Below are positions 10,599 to 20,324 of a stretch of 64,000 nucleotides of DNA, one piece after another. This DNA comes from Tolypothrix carrinoi HA7290-LM1 (GTDB lineage Bacteria; Cyanobacteriota; Cyanobacteriia; Cyanobacteriales; Nostocaceae): NCBI GenBank assembly GCA_019358935.1, contig JAHHIK010000027.1, forward strand, positions 1-64,000, read 5' to 3'. Every line of letters begins with the position of its first letter. The stretch's first letter is position 1. Under the pieces are notes generated by a model, which searched no databases, had not been told where the DNA came from, and was given only the letters and a program-made list of their open reading frames with translations. The position numbers and the translations under genes were made by a program.

Positions 10599-10934
10599 TC
10601 AAGAAACGTTGGCAAGAGATGCTAAAGCTTCAGGAATCGTCTCAGAAGGTGACTGAAATTCGCCTGTAATCACATACTCCAATCGCAGTTTTAACCAGGT
10701 AATAAATTGGGAATTTGTCGAAATAATTGCTGCGGCTGGTTGGGGACACTTCGCTTTTATTTGTGCCATCTGTGGTGCTTCTAGAAAAGCTGGTTGCTTA
10801 ACTAACCAAAAATCAATTTCTTTTTCTTGTTCGTGGTAGTGACGAGTGCGTTCTTTGAGAACTTCCGCTATTGGTTCTTCTTGTATGAGAAAGCGTTCAC
10901 TTGCCAAAGCGTAATAGTATGTTTGCATATTCAT
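10599..10934 (-). CDS. ycf54: Ycf54, Mg-protoporphyrin monomethyl ester cyclase accessory protein
   Basis: YYYALAS..FL..EEP..EVLKER, DFWLV, FITWLKLRLEYV. Confidence 0.92.
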   Translation of the reverse strand: MNMQTYYYALASERFLIQEEPIAEVLKERTRHYHEQEKEIDFWLVKQPAFLEAPQMAQIKAKCPQPAAAIISTNSQFITWLKLRLEYVITGEFQSPSETIPEALASLANVS

Positions 10935-10949
10935 TCTTTGCTTGCTTGC

Positions 10950-11064
10950 TAAATTAGACCCCGTCCTTAAGGACGGGGACTCATTAATAATGATAAGGGC
11001 ACAGTGTCAGCCACCATGCCCCTATTAATAAATTAGACCCCGTCCTTAAGGACGGGGACTCATT
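10950..11064. repeat. Two 36-bp direct repeats with a perfect 20-bp palindrome, 43 bp apart
   Basis: TAAATTAGACCCCGTCCTTAAGGACGGGGACTCATT at 10950-10985 and 11029-11064. Confidence 0.9.
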
Positions 11065-11076
11065 TAAACTTAAATT

Positions 11077-11883
11077 TTACCTGAGCAAAGCACTAAAAGG
11101 ACAACGACTAGCTTGCGATTCGCTAATTACTTGTTTTTCTCCCCAGTTCCAAAGTCGTTTGATTATACCCAAAAATGTTGGTTTCTCTTGCCCGGTAGCT
11201 TGTTTTTCATTTGCTGTCAGCTTTGATGTAGTTGTTTTTCCACCTGCTGTCAGCTTGTCTAAAAACAAGGTGTTGTCAAAGTAGTGTTCCAAAGAAACTA
11301 TCTTCAAATCATCGGTGACGCGGGCAATACTCATACCGATAACTTCCACCATTTCTCCAGTACCTGCAAAGTCTTTGTATGAACCGTTAAAATGTCCCCA
11401 ATGCCGCCATTTAAATGTGACGTTTGGTGGTCCTGAAAAGACTTCTAGCAATTCCCAAGGAAATCCTTCCGGGAATGTTGTGTGAAAAATTTTGCCGGAT
11501 GATTCAAAGTCTTCTTCAGAAGCTTTATAATGTTGTGAATCAGCCATGAACAAATTGTAAGTACCAGCATTTCCTAATTCTGCGGCTGTGTACTCTACTC
11601 CACCATTGGTACTGACGCGAAACTTGTCACTCACAACCGACAACCACTGTTGCGGGTCGCTTTTGAATGATGCTTCCATCTCGAAGGTTCTCACCAAGTT
11701 TTGCACGATCGCTTCTAGTGTACCTTCAAGGTGATTGCATATACTTTCTTGAGCGAGATTTTCTTTTGACCGCGAATAATCTGGTGGCGTTTGATAACGC
11801 CACTCTGCATCAGTGCTTTGTGCAATTACTGTATCTCTATCTTGCACCCAAAGCGGAAGGCTGTTAGATTGTGTTGCGCTCAT
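11077..11883 (-). CDS. SnoaL/NTF2-like pathogenesis-related family protein
   Basis: WRY..PPDY, GFPWELLEVFSGPP..FKWRHWG. Confidence 0.75.
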   Translation of the reverse strand: MSATQSNSLPLWVQDRDTVIAQSTDAEWRYQTPPDYSRSKENLAQESICNHLEGTLEAIVQNLVRTFEMEASFKSDPQQWLSVVSDKFRVSTNGGVEYTAAELGNAGTYNLFMADSQHYKASEEDFESSGKIFHTTFPEGFPWELLEVFSGPPNVTFKWRHWGHFNGSYKDFAGTGEMVEVIGMSIARVTDDLKIVSLEHYFDNTLFLDKLTAGGKTTTSKLTANEKQATGQEKPTFLGIIKRLWNWGEKQVISESQASRCPFSALLR

Positions 11884-12109
11884 AGAAGTCTTGGTTTAAG
11901 ATTTGACTCAAGTTTTGCGTTAGTTCGATTTAGCCAAAAGGGTGCAGCGCTTGATAACCACACCACGACTAAAAGCTTCACTATTAGATCATCCCTCAAA
12001 AGGAATATTTTTAACAATTAATTTAATAAAGCGTAAGCGATCGCTTCAAAGTCTTCTGTCGAACTTCTATTTTTTAGATTTCGCAGCAACATCCCCTCTA
12101 ATGTCGTCC

Positions 12110-12853
12110 CTAAAGATTTCCCCGCATAGCTTGTTTCATCTCGCGGACTGCTCTTTCTATACCGACTAAAGCTGCCCGACTGATGATAGTATGACCAATA
12201 TTCAACTCTTCCATGCCTGGAAGACAAGCCACAGGATAAACGTTCCAGTAAGTCAGTCCATGACCAGCATTCACGCGCAATCCGGATTTAATCGCTTGTT
12301 CACACCCCGATGCTAACAAAGCTAATTCTTGCTGACGAGTTGTTTCATTTTTCGCTTCAGCATATTGTCCGGTGTGCAGTTCAATAAATTTCGCTTGCAC
12401 CTTGACAGAAGCTTCAATTTGTGCTGTTTCGGCATCGATAAACAGACTAACTGGAATGCCAGCGTTTTGCAACTTATCAACAATCTCACCAATTCTAGCA
12501 ATTTGACCGACGATATCGAGACCGCCTTCGGTAGTAACTTCTTGGCGTTTTTCGGGTACTAAAGTGACATAATCGGGTTTGATATCGAGAGCGATCGCTA
12601 ACATTTCCTCAGTAGCTGCCATTTCTAAATTAAGATGCGATCGTACCGTTTGCCGCAATAAGCGCACATCTCTATCTTGAATATGGCGCCTATCTTCGCG
12701 CAAATGTACAGTAATTCCATCTGCACCTGCTAATTCTGCCAGCACTGCTGCTGCTACAGGGTCTGGTTCGACCGTTTGTCGCGCTTGACGGATAGTAGCG
12801 ATGTGGTCAATATTTACGCCGAGTGTAGCCACCCTATTATCTCCTGTTTGCAT
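12110..12853 (-). CDS. pdxJ: Pyridoxine 5'-phosphate synthase
   Basis: [31 protein letters not shown]. Confidence 0.97.
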   Translation of the reverse strand: MQTGDNRVATLGVNIDHIATIRQARQTVEPDPVAAAVLAELAGADGITVHLREDRRHIQDRDVRLLRQTVRSHLNLEMAATEEMLAIALDIKPDYVTLVPEKRQEVTTEGGLDIVGQIARIGEIVDKLQNAGIPVSLFIDAETAQIEASVKVQAKFIELHTGQYAEAKNETTRQQELALLASGCEQAIKSGLRVNAGHGLTYWNVYPVACLPGMEELNIGHTIISRAALVGIERAVREMKQAMRGNL

Positions 12854-12955
12854 CCTCAGGTTTTGATTTTAGCCCAAATGGAGGTTGGGGGTGATAGGGG
12901 AAGCGATCGCGCTTTACACAACATAATTAACAGTAATAAAAAAACCGCAACCGTC

Positions 12956-12984
12956 GTAGAGACGTTCCAATGGAACGTCTCTAC
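12956..12984. repeat. GTAG REP palindrome family (other copies ~7809, ~17361, ~32437)
   Basis: GTAGAGACGTTCC-NNN-GGAACGTCTCTAC in four intergenic regions. Confidence 0.85.
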
Positions 12985-13091
12985 ATCATATGTAATAAAC
13001 CTGTCATGATATTAAATAAGTCGGGCATATAATCAGAAACAAGATCCCCGACTTCTTTAAGAAGTCGGGTATCTGAAAAAGTCAAAACTAC

Positions 13092-14813
13092 TTATGTTCC
13101 ACACTGCTTGATTGCAAAGCCAATATTGTTTTCTACCTTAATTCCACAAGAATAAGATATATCTCCGCCATTATTACCGCGATTTCCTTCAATAAAATTA
13201 TCAATACCACCATTACTAGCTCTAGCTAAAATTCCATTACTTAAAGTGTTATTCTGTATCTTGACATTATCCATTCTGTTTTTGCTTCCATTCGTATCAG
13301 CATTAACATAAATCGCTGGAGGATTGGTAATATTAGTTAATATTTTGTTACCTGTAATCAACACATTCTTTACTTGAGGTACTTTGTAAATACCGATATA
13401 AGAATTGCCCGTATTATTGCTAATTTTCACGCCATTAACGCTAGTTCCTCCACAACATTCTTGAATCAGAATACCTTCTCCATCAATGCTTTCGTAATTG
13501 CCTCCCGCAATTTTATGACGGTAAACTTCATAATCATTGCCGTCAATGGTGACATTCCAGCCAGACCAATCAATCGCACGATTTTCAAAAGTAGCAGCGT
13601 TTTGAGGTTGTTTTGTGCCAGTGGGATCTATCCAAACTTGCTTATTTTTTTCATCTTTGATTTGATTATTTCTAATTATCAAATTATCTCCAGTTGCATG
13701 AATAGCAACTCGCATAGTGTGATAAACCCAATTGTCCTGAATTACTAAACCTTTACGAAAGAAGTTAGGAAAGCGATTTGGGTCATTAGGTAATTCTTTG
13801 GGTGAACTAAAGCGGTTCAGGGAAATTCCATAATGGTCTGTATAGTTAAACTTAGCTTTTTCACCTTCCGGATACGTAACTGTTGAATTTCCCCGAAGTT
13901 GTTTTACTATATAATTTGGTTGGTCAAAATTATCGGTGACAGCATCATTGAGTCGATTGTTACTAATTAAAACGTTAGCAAAAGCTTGAATTTGTATATT
14001 AGCGGCAAACCTGTGAGAAAATCGCTGCCAAGCATTCTGAAATGATTCTGGTACGCGAGGTTCTGGAGTAGCTACGTTATTACTTCTAACTCCAAAGATG
14101 ATAATATTTTGGTTAGTATTTTTCTCAGAATTTTCGGCTGATGAAAATTCAATTGCCGCACGATTAATATCTACATTCACTACACCGATATTGCTATCTT
14201 GGTTTGGGTTAGTAGTGAAGATTTTTTTAAAAGCTGTATTATTCGGTGTACCGCTACCAGAAAAACTCGGTTTATATTGAGGGAAAACTAACTTTGTGGC
14301 TGGATTGTATGAACTAGATTTAGCATCATTGACTGCGGGTGTATCTCCACGGATAACTACACCATCTTTTAAGTAAATGTTATCTGCAAAGTTGTAAGTT
14401 CCACCCGGAAAATAGACAACACCCCCACCGTTAGCAGATGCAGCATCGCGGGCAGCATTAAAGCTAGCATCTATAGTGGAAGCGCGGAAATCTTTAATGT
14501 TATAAACGCAATTCCATTTAAGATTTTTAGTCCAAGTCAAAGCGTTATCTTTATATTTTGCAGCAATGGGATTGTCTTGAGGTGCATTGCTACGACTGCC
14601 GCATTTTGACGATTGGGTAATAGTTTGAATTGGTGAAGTTTGAGAATCAGCAGTTTGATTAGGTGGAATTTGAGAATTACAGCTATTGATAAGAATAATG
14701 ATGACAGCGGTTAAGAAAAATTGGTAGAAGATTTGGAATTTTCGCCGCGCTTGTCGGATGGTAGCGATGAGGTTGATGTTGATGTCTTTAAGCAACTTTA
14801 GTTCTCTCTGCAC
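13092..14813 (-). CDS. Pectin-lyase-fold (beta-helix) lipoprotein, GH28/pectate-lyase-like; start uncertain
   Basis: Lipobox INSC; AA..NGGGVVYFPGGTY motif; Asn/Ile-rich repeats. Confidence 0.7.
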   Translation of the reverse strand: MQRELKLLKDININLIATIRQARRKFQIFYQFFLTAVIIILINSCNSQIPPNQTADSQTSPIQTITQSSKCGSRSNAPQDNPIAAKYKDNALTWTKNLKWNCVYNIKDFRASTIDASFNAARDAASANGGGVVYFPGGTYNFADNIYLKDGVVIRGDTPAVNDAKSSSYNPATKLVFPQYKPSFSGSGTPNNTAFKKIFTTNPNQDSNIGVVNVDINRAAIEFSSAENSEKNTNQNIIIFGVRSNNVATPEPRVPESFQNAWQRFSHRFAANIQIQAFANVLISNNRLNDAVTDNFDQPNYIVKQLRGNSTVTYPEGEKAKFNYTDHYGISLNRFSSPKELPNDPNRFPNFFRKGLVIQDNWVYHTMRVAIHATGDNLIIRNNQIKDEKNKQVWIDPTGTKQPQNAATFENRAIDWSGWNVTIDGNDYEVYRHKIAGGNYESIDGEGILIQECCGGTSVNGVKISNNTGNSYIGIYKVPQVKNVLITGNKILTNITNPPAIYVNADTNGSKNRMDNVKIQNNTLSNGILARASNGGIDNFIEGNRGNNGGDISYSCGIKVENNIGFAIKQCGT

Positions 14814-14938
14814 AGTTCTTAGAACTTGATTTTACCAGAAATCTAAGTACTGCTGTAAGTGGAAAACTGGAAGAATGCGATCGCCTCAAAAGCCAGCCTG
14901 AAAAAAGTGCTGCTACCTCCTTTGATTCATATTTAAGT

Positions 14939-16255
14939 TTAGTAACTTAAATCTCCCTCGTTATTTGAGATTCCCCGAATCTGAATTGATGTTTGTTTAT
15001 ACGAGCCATTGCCTTGAGTGCAAGTAGCTGATAGCGTATCTCCACTAATAAAAATATTGTGACAAGATGCTTGGTAAGTACTAGCAGTCCGAGGATTGCT
15101 ATAATACTTCAACTCTCCATCGTCATTTACGATGCCCAGAACCCGAATTGATGTTTGTTTATATAAGCCATTACTTTGAGGGCAAGTAGCTGATAGCTCA
15201 TCTCCATTAATAGAAATATTCTGACAAGATTTTTGGTAACTACTATTATCTCTGGCTTGCGGAGAAGAACTGGTAGTGGGTGTGGATGTTCCTTTTAAGC
15301 TAGGTTGTGAATTAAACACAAAATAGGATGTTAGCGCTACAGCACCGGCAATACCTGCGCCAATCAGGGATTTTTTATTTCTCAGAACTGAAATAGAATT
15401 AGAAAGTCTATTAGCAGGTGCAGAAGTTTGGGCAACTGACTGTTTCTGATTTTGGCTGAAGGTTGCGGTGTTACTAGATAACCGTGATTCGTCTAATGAG
15501 TTTGGTTCGTTTTGATTAGTAGAAGTAGATTGTTGATTAGAAATTATCGCTTCAATTGACGCTACATCTTCTTGGCTCAAGTTTTGCCTTACTGACATGT
15601 CATTAGATAATCGCGATTCCTGTACAAGGTTTGCGGGTTGTTCCTCAACTTTACCCAGATGAGGCTTCTTTTTCATAATTGGGATAGAATCACCCGAAAT
15701 CCCAGCAAACTGAATCGCATTGCAAGCAATGTTAAAAGCAAACTCTATGCGCGAGTAAGTATCGTATCGCGGATCGTAAGCTACTAAAGCATCGTAAAAG
15801 CCTACGGCAAATTCTAGCGCGGCTTTATCACCGATCGCAGCATTCATGCCAATGACATAATCAATATGTTGAGCGATCGCTACAGCTTGTTCTTCACTAT
15901 AACAAGCATTCAGCACCACACACTCTACTTGCTTGGCGAACTGCCCGAAAAGTCCCGCGAGTGCAACTGAAGTGACTAACTTTTCTTTGCCAGTTTCATC
16001 CTCAAATGATAATCCTGTGGTTCCCGCACCATGTCCAGAAAAATGAATGATGTTTGGGCGAAAATCTAACACCGCACGGCGAACATCTCGCGGACGTACC
16101 GCCCATTCTTGTTGCAAAATAAATTTATCACGTTGTTGCGAAAGCCGCAAACCTTCTTTAATGTCGCGCACTTCCTCATCCAAACGTAGACGTGATGTCT
16201 GTTTCGGATTCGCTGCCAGAATTAAGATTTTCTTCGCCGGAGTGTCTATATTCAT
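14939..16255 (-). CDS. CHAT protease + TM helix + C-terminal cyanovirin-N-like (CVNH) lectin
   Basis: HFSGHG and VLNACYS dyad motifs; TM LIGAGIAGAVALTSYFVF; two ~50-aa SYQ.SC.NI.I.GD.LSATC...N..G.L.Y repeats. Confidence 0.8.
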   Translation of the reverse strand: MNIDTPAKKILILAANPKQTSRLRLDEEVRDIKEGLRLSQQRDKFILQQEWAVRPRDVRRAVLDFRPNIIHFSGHGAGTTGLSFEDETGKEKLVTSVALAGLFGQFAKQVECVVLNACYSEEQAVAIAQHIDYVIGMNAAIGDKAALEFAVGFYDALVAYDPRYDTYSRIEFAFNIACNAIQFAGISGDSIPIMKKKPHLGKVEEQPANLVQESRLSNDMSVRQNLSQEDVASIEAIISNQQSTSTNQNEPNSLDESRLSSNTATFSQNQKQSVAQTSAPANRLSNSISVLRNKKSLIGAGIAGAVALTSYFVFNSQPSLKGTSTPTTSSSPQARDNSSYQKSCQNISINGDELSATCPQSNGLYKQTSIRVLGIVNDDGELKYYSNPRTASTYQASCHNIFISGDTLSATCTQGNGSYKQTSIQIRGISNNEGDLSY

Positions 16256-16338
16256 TTTCTCGCGCCCGTCAAATCTTTGATTTAATTATGCAGTAACTAC
16301 AAACATCATTTAAATTTTCCCGAAACTACGTTAATCGC

Positions 16339-16438
16339 CTAACTCGAAGCACTAGTATAAAAACGCAAAGCAAACCGCAAAAAAAAAGTATAAAACGCAA
16401 TATAGCGCCACAGGTAAAGCTGCCGCACTTAGTAACCA
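16339..16438 (-). pseudogene. Decayed duplicate of the 3' end of the ABC-2 permease at 20325-21107
   Basis: CTAACTCGAAGCACTAGTATAAAAACGCAA identical to 20325 onward; encodes ...RFALRFYTSASS* with an upstream frameshift. Confidence 0.85.
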
Positions 16439-16513
16439 GGTAAAATACTTTCAGCAAGCCTAGGCAGATTATGATAGAAATTTCAGGCTTGATAGGAAAG
16501 GCGATAATCCCTC

Positions 16514-17317
16514 ATGACTACCGAAAACAATCTAGCCGTTGTGGACTGGGAATCCCATAAGCCACCTACAGATTTAATTTTTGATGATGGTGAACCCTTA
16601 GAATCAAATAGACACCGTATTGCGATGAATATCCTGATTCGGTCATTGCAGCAAGCTTGGGCTGACCGCAATGATTATTTTACCGGGGGCAATATGTTTA
16701 TTTACTACAGCAGCACCCAGGTTCGTAACCGCGATTTCCGGGGTCCAGATTTTTTTGCTGTCCTCAATGTTGACGGCAATAACTCAAGACTTGGGTGGGT
16801 AGTGTGGGAAGAAAATGGTCGTTATCCCGATGCAATTGTGGAATTAATGTCACCATCTACCGCAGCAATAGACAAGGGTATTAAGAAAAACCTTTATGAA
16901 CAAACTTTTCATACCTCAGATTATTTTGTCTACGACCCCTTTGACGCTAATTCTTTGCAAGGATGGCATTTAGATGATAATCAACAATACCAGTCTTTGA
17001 CCCCAAATGAGCGCAGTTGGCTATGGTGTAGACGTTTAGGTTTATGGTTGGGGACTTGGGAAGGAACAATAGATAGAGAAACAGCGGTATGGTTGCGGTT
17101 TTACGATGTGGCTGGCAATCTGGTTTTGTTACCAGAGGAGGCTGCAATTGCACAAGCGGATGCAGCAGTTGCACAAGCGGATGCAGCAATTGCACGAGAG
17201 GAGGAAGCAGTTGCACAAGCGGATGCAGCAATTGCACGACAGGAGGAAGCAATTGCACGAGCCGAACGTTTAGCAGCTAGATTAAGAGAGTTGGGGGAAA
17301 ATCCAGATGTGTTCTGA
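16514..17317 (+). CDS. Uma2-family endonuclease-fold protein
   Basis: DGEPLES..H, GPDFF, IVELMSPST; 21-bp repeat coiled-coil tail. Confidence 0.9.
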   Translation: MTTENNLAVVDWESHKPPTDLIFDDGEPLESNRHRIAMNILIRSLQQAWADRNDYFTGGNMFIYYSSTQVRNRDFRGPDFFAVLNVDGNNSRLGWVVWEENGRYPDAIVELMSPSTAAIDKGIKKNLYEQTFHTSDYFVYDPFDANSLQGWHLDDNQQYQSLTPNERSWLWCRRLGLWLGTWEGTIDRETAVWLRFYDVAGNLVLLPEEAAIAQADAAVAQADAAIAREEEAVAQADAAIARQEEAIARAERLAARLRELGENPDVF

Positions 17318-17539
17318 GGGATTTTTGCTTTTTTGATTTGTTTAAAGGCTGAAATTCCTAGTAGAGACGTTCCGGTGGAACGTCTCTACAAAGGCGGGTT
17401 TTAATATTGCAATCATTCGTCAAATTTTCTTTCTTCATATTTAAAATCAGTCAGCAATACTTGATGAATTGTTTGCCAATTGTTTGGGCTTCGTTTGTGT
17501 CATTATTACTAAATAAAGATACCTTTTGATAGCTATGGC

Positions 17540-19318
17540 ATGATTAGCAGCACCCCGATCAAAAAAATCTTGATTTTGGCAGCGAATCCGAAACAAACAT
17601 CACGTCTGCGTCTAGATGAGGAAGTGCGCGACATTAAGGAAGGTTTGCGGCTTTCGCAACAACGTGATAAATTTATTTTGCAACATGAATGGGCAGTACG
17701 TCCAAGAGATGTGCGTCGTGCTGTGTTAGATTTTAGACCGAACATCATTCATTTTTCTGGACATGGTTCGCAGACGACGGGATTATTATTTGAGGATGAA
17801 ACCGAAAAAGAAAAGCTAGTAACCGCACAAGCACTTGCCGGACTGTTTGAGCAGTTCGCTAGCCAACTAGAGTGTGTGGTGTTGAATGCTTGTTATAGTG
17901 AAGAACAAGCTGTGGCGATCGCTCAACATATTGATTATGTCATTGGCATGAATGCGCCAATTGGGGATAAAGCCGCTTTGGAATTTGCTGTTGGCTTTTA
18001 CGATGCTCTAGCACGTTACAATTCTCAATACGATGAAAGCTCGGCGATAGAGTTTGCTTTTAACATTGCTTGCAATGCGATCGCACTTGCTGGGGTTTCA
18101 GGTGAATCTATTCCAGTGCTGAAAAAGAAGCCGAATCTTATTGAGTCAGTCGATAAAACGGATACATTTGAAGAACAGATTTCCGAAAAGAATAAACATA
18201 CATACAGTTTATCTGCTGTTGAAGCATATCGCCAAAAAGTTGAGGAGTTTGCCTGTGATGGCAAGATTTCTGATATCGAACGTCACATTTTATCAGATTA
18301 TATAAAAGAGCTAAAAATAACAGACGAACAGGCTTATGCCATTGAAGTAGAGGCTTTAAAGCCTTACCAAGAGTACCAGGAAAATTTGAAAAATTACCTG
18401 CGAAGATTTGTTGAGGCACTTAATCATGAGTCACATTTTTCAGACCAGACTCGTGTTGAATTTAAACTTTTGCAGCAAACTTGGAAATTAAAAAGTGAGG
18501 ATCTAGATAAAATTTACAATAATCTAGGTAATGCTCTGTATGATGCTCAAGATAATGATAAAGCAATTCTGGCATACAAAGAGGCAATTCTGATTAATAA
18601 TAACAACCCAATCACGCACAGGAATTTGGGAAATGTTTTCTTGATTAAAAAAAAAATACAAGAGGCGATCGCTGAGTATAGAGAAGCAATTCGCATCGAA
18701 CCTGACAATGCCCGACTTCATTATCATCTGGGAAATATTTTTTATAATTCAGATTTAAATGAAGCAATTTCTGAGTATAAAAAAGCAGTGGCAATCGAGC
18801 CAGAAAATGCAGATTTTCACAATCGATTGGGACGCGCTTTATCCCAGCAAGACAACTTTGATGAGGCAATTACCGAATACAAAAAAGCAATTGAACTTAA
18901 CCCCAATCTTGCAGAAGCTCATGGTGGCTTGGGTATAGCTCTATATAGACAAACAAATTTAAAGGAGGCAATTGCTAGTCTCCTACAGGCAATTTACATC
19001 GAGTCTGACAACGCAGTTTTTTATAGAGATTTGGGTAGAATTTTATATAGCCAGGGCAAGTTAAAAGAGGCAGTTGCTCAATTAAAAGAAGCTATTCTCT
19101 TCAATAGAAATGATGCATTTGCTTATGCTTATTTAGGGTTCGCTTTACTATCTCAACGAAAGCAAGAGGATGGAATAGAGCGTCTGAAAATTGCTATCTA
19201 TTTATTGAAAGAGGAGCGTATGACTCAGGAGGCTTTCCAAATTGAGCAGATATTGCAGCAAGTAGTACAAGGTAATAGAAATTGGATGAATTTTGTTAAA
19301 CGGTGTCTGCTATGGTAA
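17540..19318 (+). CDS. CHAT protease + helical linker + TPR repeats
   Basis: CHAT domain near-identical to that of 14939-16255; multiple TPR motifs. Confidence 0.85.
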   Translation: MISSTPIKKILILAANPKQTSRLRLDEEVRDIKEGLRLSQQRDKFILQHEWAVRPRDVRRAVLDFRPNIIHFSGHGSQTTGLLFEDETEKEKLVTAQALAGLFEQFASQLECVVLNACYSEEQAVAIAQHIDYVIGMNAPIGDKAALEFAVGFYDALARYNSQYDESSAIEFAFNIACNAIALAGVSGESIPVLKKKPNLIESVDKTDTFEEQISEKNKHTYSLSAVEAYRQKVEEFACDGKISDIERHILSDYIKELKITDEQAYAIEVEALKPYQEYQENLKNYLRRFVEALNHESHFSDQTRVEFKLLQQTWKLKSEDLDKIYNNLGNALYDAQDNDKAILAYKEAILINNNNPITHRNLGNVFLIKKKIQEAIAEYREAIRIEPDNARLHYHLGNIFYNSDLNEAISEYKKAVAIEPENADFHNRLGRALSQQDNFDEAITEYKKAIELNPNLAEAHGGLGIALYRQTNLKEAIASLLQAIYIESDNAVFYRDLGRILYSQGKLKEAVAQLKEAILFNRNDAFAYAYLGFALLSQRKQEDGIERLKIAIYLLKEERMTQEAFQIEQILQQVVQGNRNWMNFVKRCLLW

Positions 19319-19359
19319 TTACTTCTCGATCGCATCTGTTTGGGTATGCTACGGGATAC

Positions 19360-20190
19360 CTAATTTTTGCTCAAGCAGGGAGTAATATTTGTCATTGCCG
19401 CTCCAACTACTGCTGCAATGGTAATTTTTTTGATGTTACCTACAATTACTACGCCCTTCTGCCGCTGCAATTGCTTTAAACTTTGATTGAAAGCTTTATC
19501 AGCCTCATCTTGTATAGCATTACGTGCATCTACCAGGGTTACGCGTTCTTTTACTCCTGATTGAGCAAATTCAAAAGCTTTATCCTCTGCGGCTTGATTC
19601 ACAAATGCGAAGACATAATCTGTCTGAGAAAGTGCTTGCTCTGCAATATTTGGAAGTTCATTTTGAACAGATGCTTCGTTAATTCTAATATGATTTTTTC
19701 TGGCTTCTTTAATAACTATTTTTTTCAGTTCTTGGTTGATTAAGTCATTATGTGCTTGTGATATAGTTTCACGCCAAATCATCTGCCCATCTAGTTTTTT
19801 CTCTGCCTGTTTAATTGCATCATCAGCTAGATGACTCCATCGCAGGTCATCAAGGTTAGTGTATGTAGGTGGAATTTGTCTTGGACTTGTTCTTCCAGCG
19901 GGTTTTGGCAGAGGTTTAAGTCGGGTAGGAAGACGACGAACTGGGGGAAATTTTGATCGCTTAAGTTTTGGTCGCCATCGTATCGGCACTATAGCGCTAG
20001 TAGTTAGGTTTAACGAATTATCATTGTGTAGTAAATCGGCTGAAAGGCGATTTGCAACTTTTGGGCAGTTTTTGTTCTGTTTATCTGAAACAGCTATATT
20101 ACATGCTGTAGTCAGTGAAAAACTGCTAATTAACATTGCAAGTATTAAACTACGTCTGTAATTTAAACGTATTATAATAGTTTTGCTCAT
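19360..20190 (-). CDS. Hypothetical putative lipoprotein
   Basis: Lipobox LTTAC, Pro/Arg-rich linker, helical C-terminus; no family recognised. Confidence 0.6.
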   Translation of the reverse strand: MSKTIIIRLNYRRSLILAMLISSFSLTTACNIAVSDKQNKNCPKVANRLSADLLHNDNSLNLTTSAIVPIRWRPKLKRSKFPPVRRLPTRLKPLPKPAGRTSPRQIPPTYTNLDDLRWSHLADDAIKQAEKKLDGQMIWRETISQAHNDLINQELKKIVIKEARKNHIRINEASVQNELPNIAEQALSQTDYVFAFVNQAAEDKAFEFAQSGVKERVTLVDARNAIQDEADKAFNQSLKQLQRQKGVVIVGNIKKITIAAVVGAAMTNITPCLSKN

Positions 20191-20324
20191 GTGCTTTTCA
20201 TTTGAATATAAAATCGCTATATGTATATCCAAAATTAAAGCGATTGATTTCGGATAGTTATGTTATTTAATTACTTAGATTGAGTGTAATAGCTTTGAGT
20301 AGGGCGATCGCCTGATAATTTTGG

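Noticed and set aside
17089..17280. Cys-rich 63-aa ORF (GCSNCT repeats) as a metallothionein or MNIO precursor
   Set aside because: Alternate frame of the 21-bp repeats in the Uma2 tail, and over 20 kb from the MNIO gene
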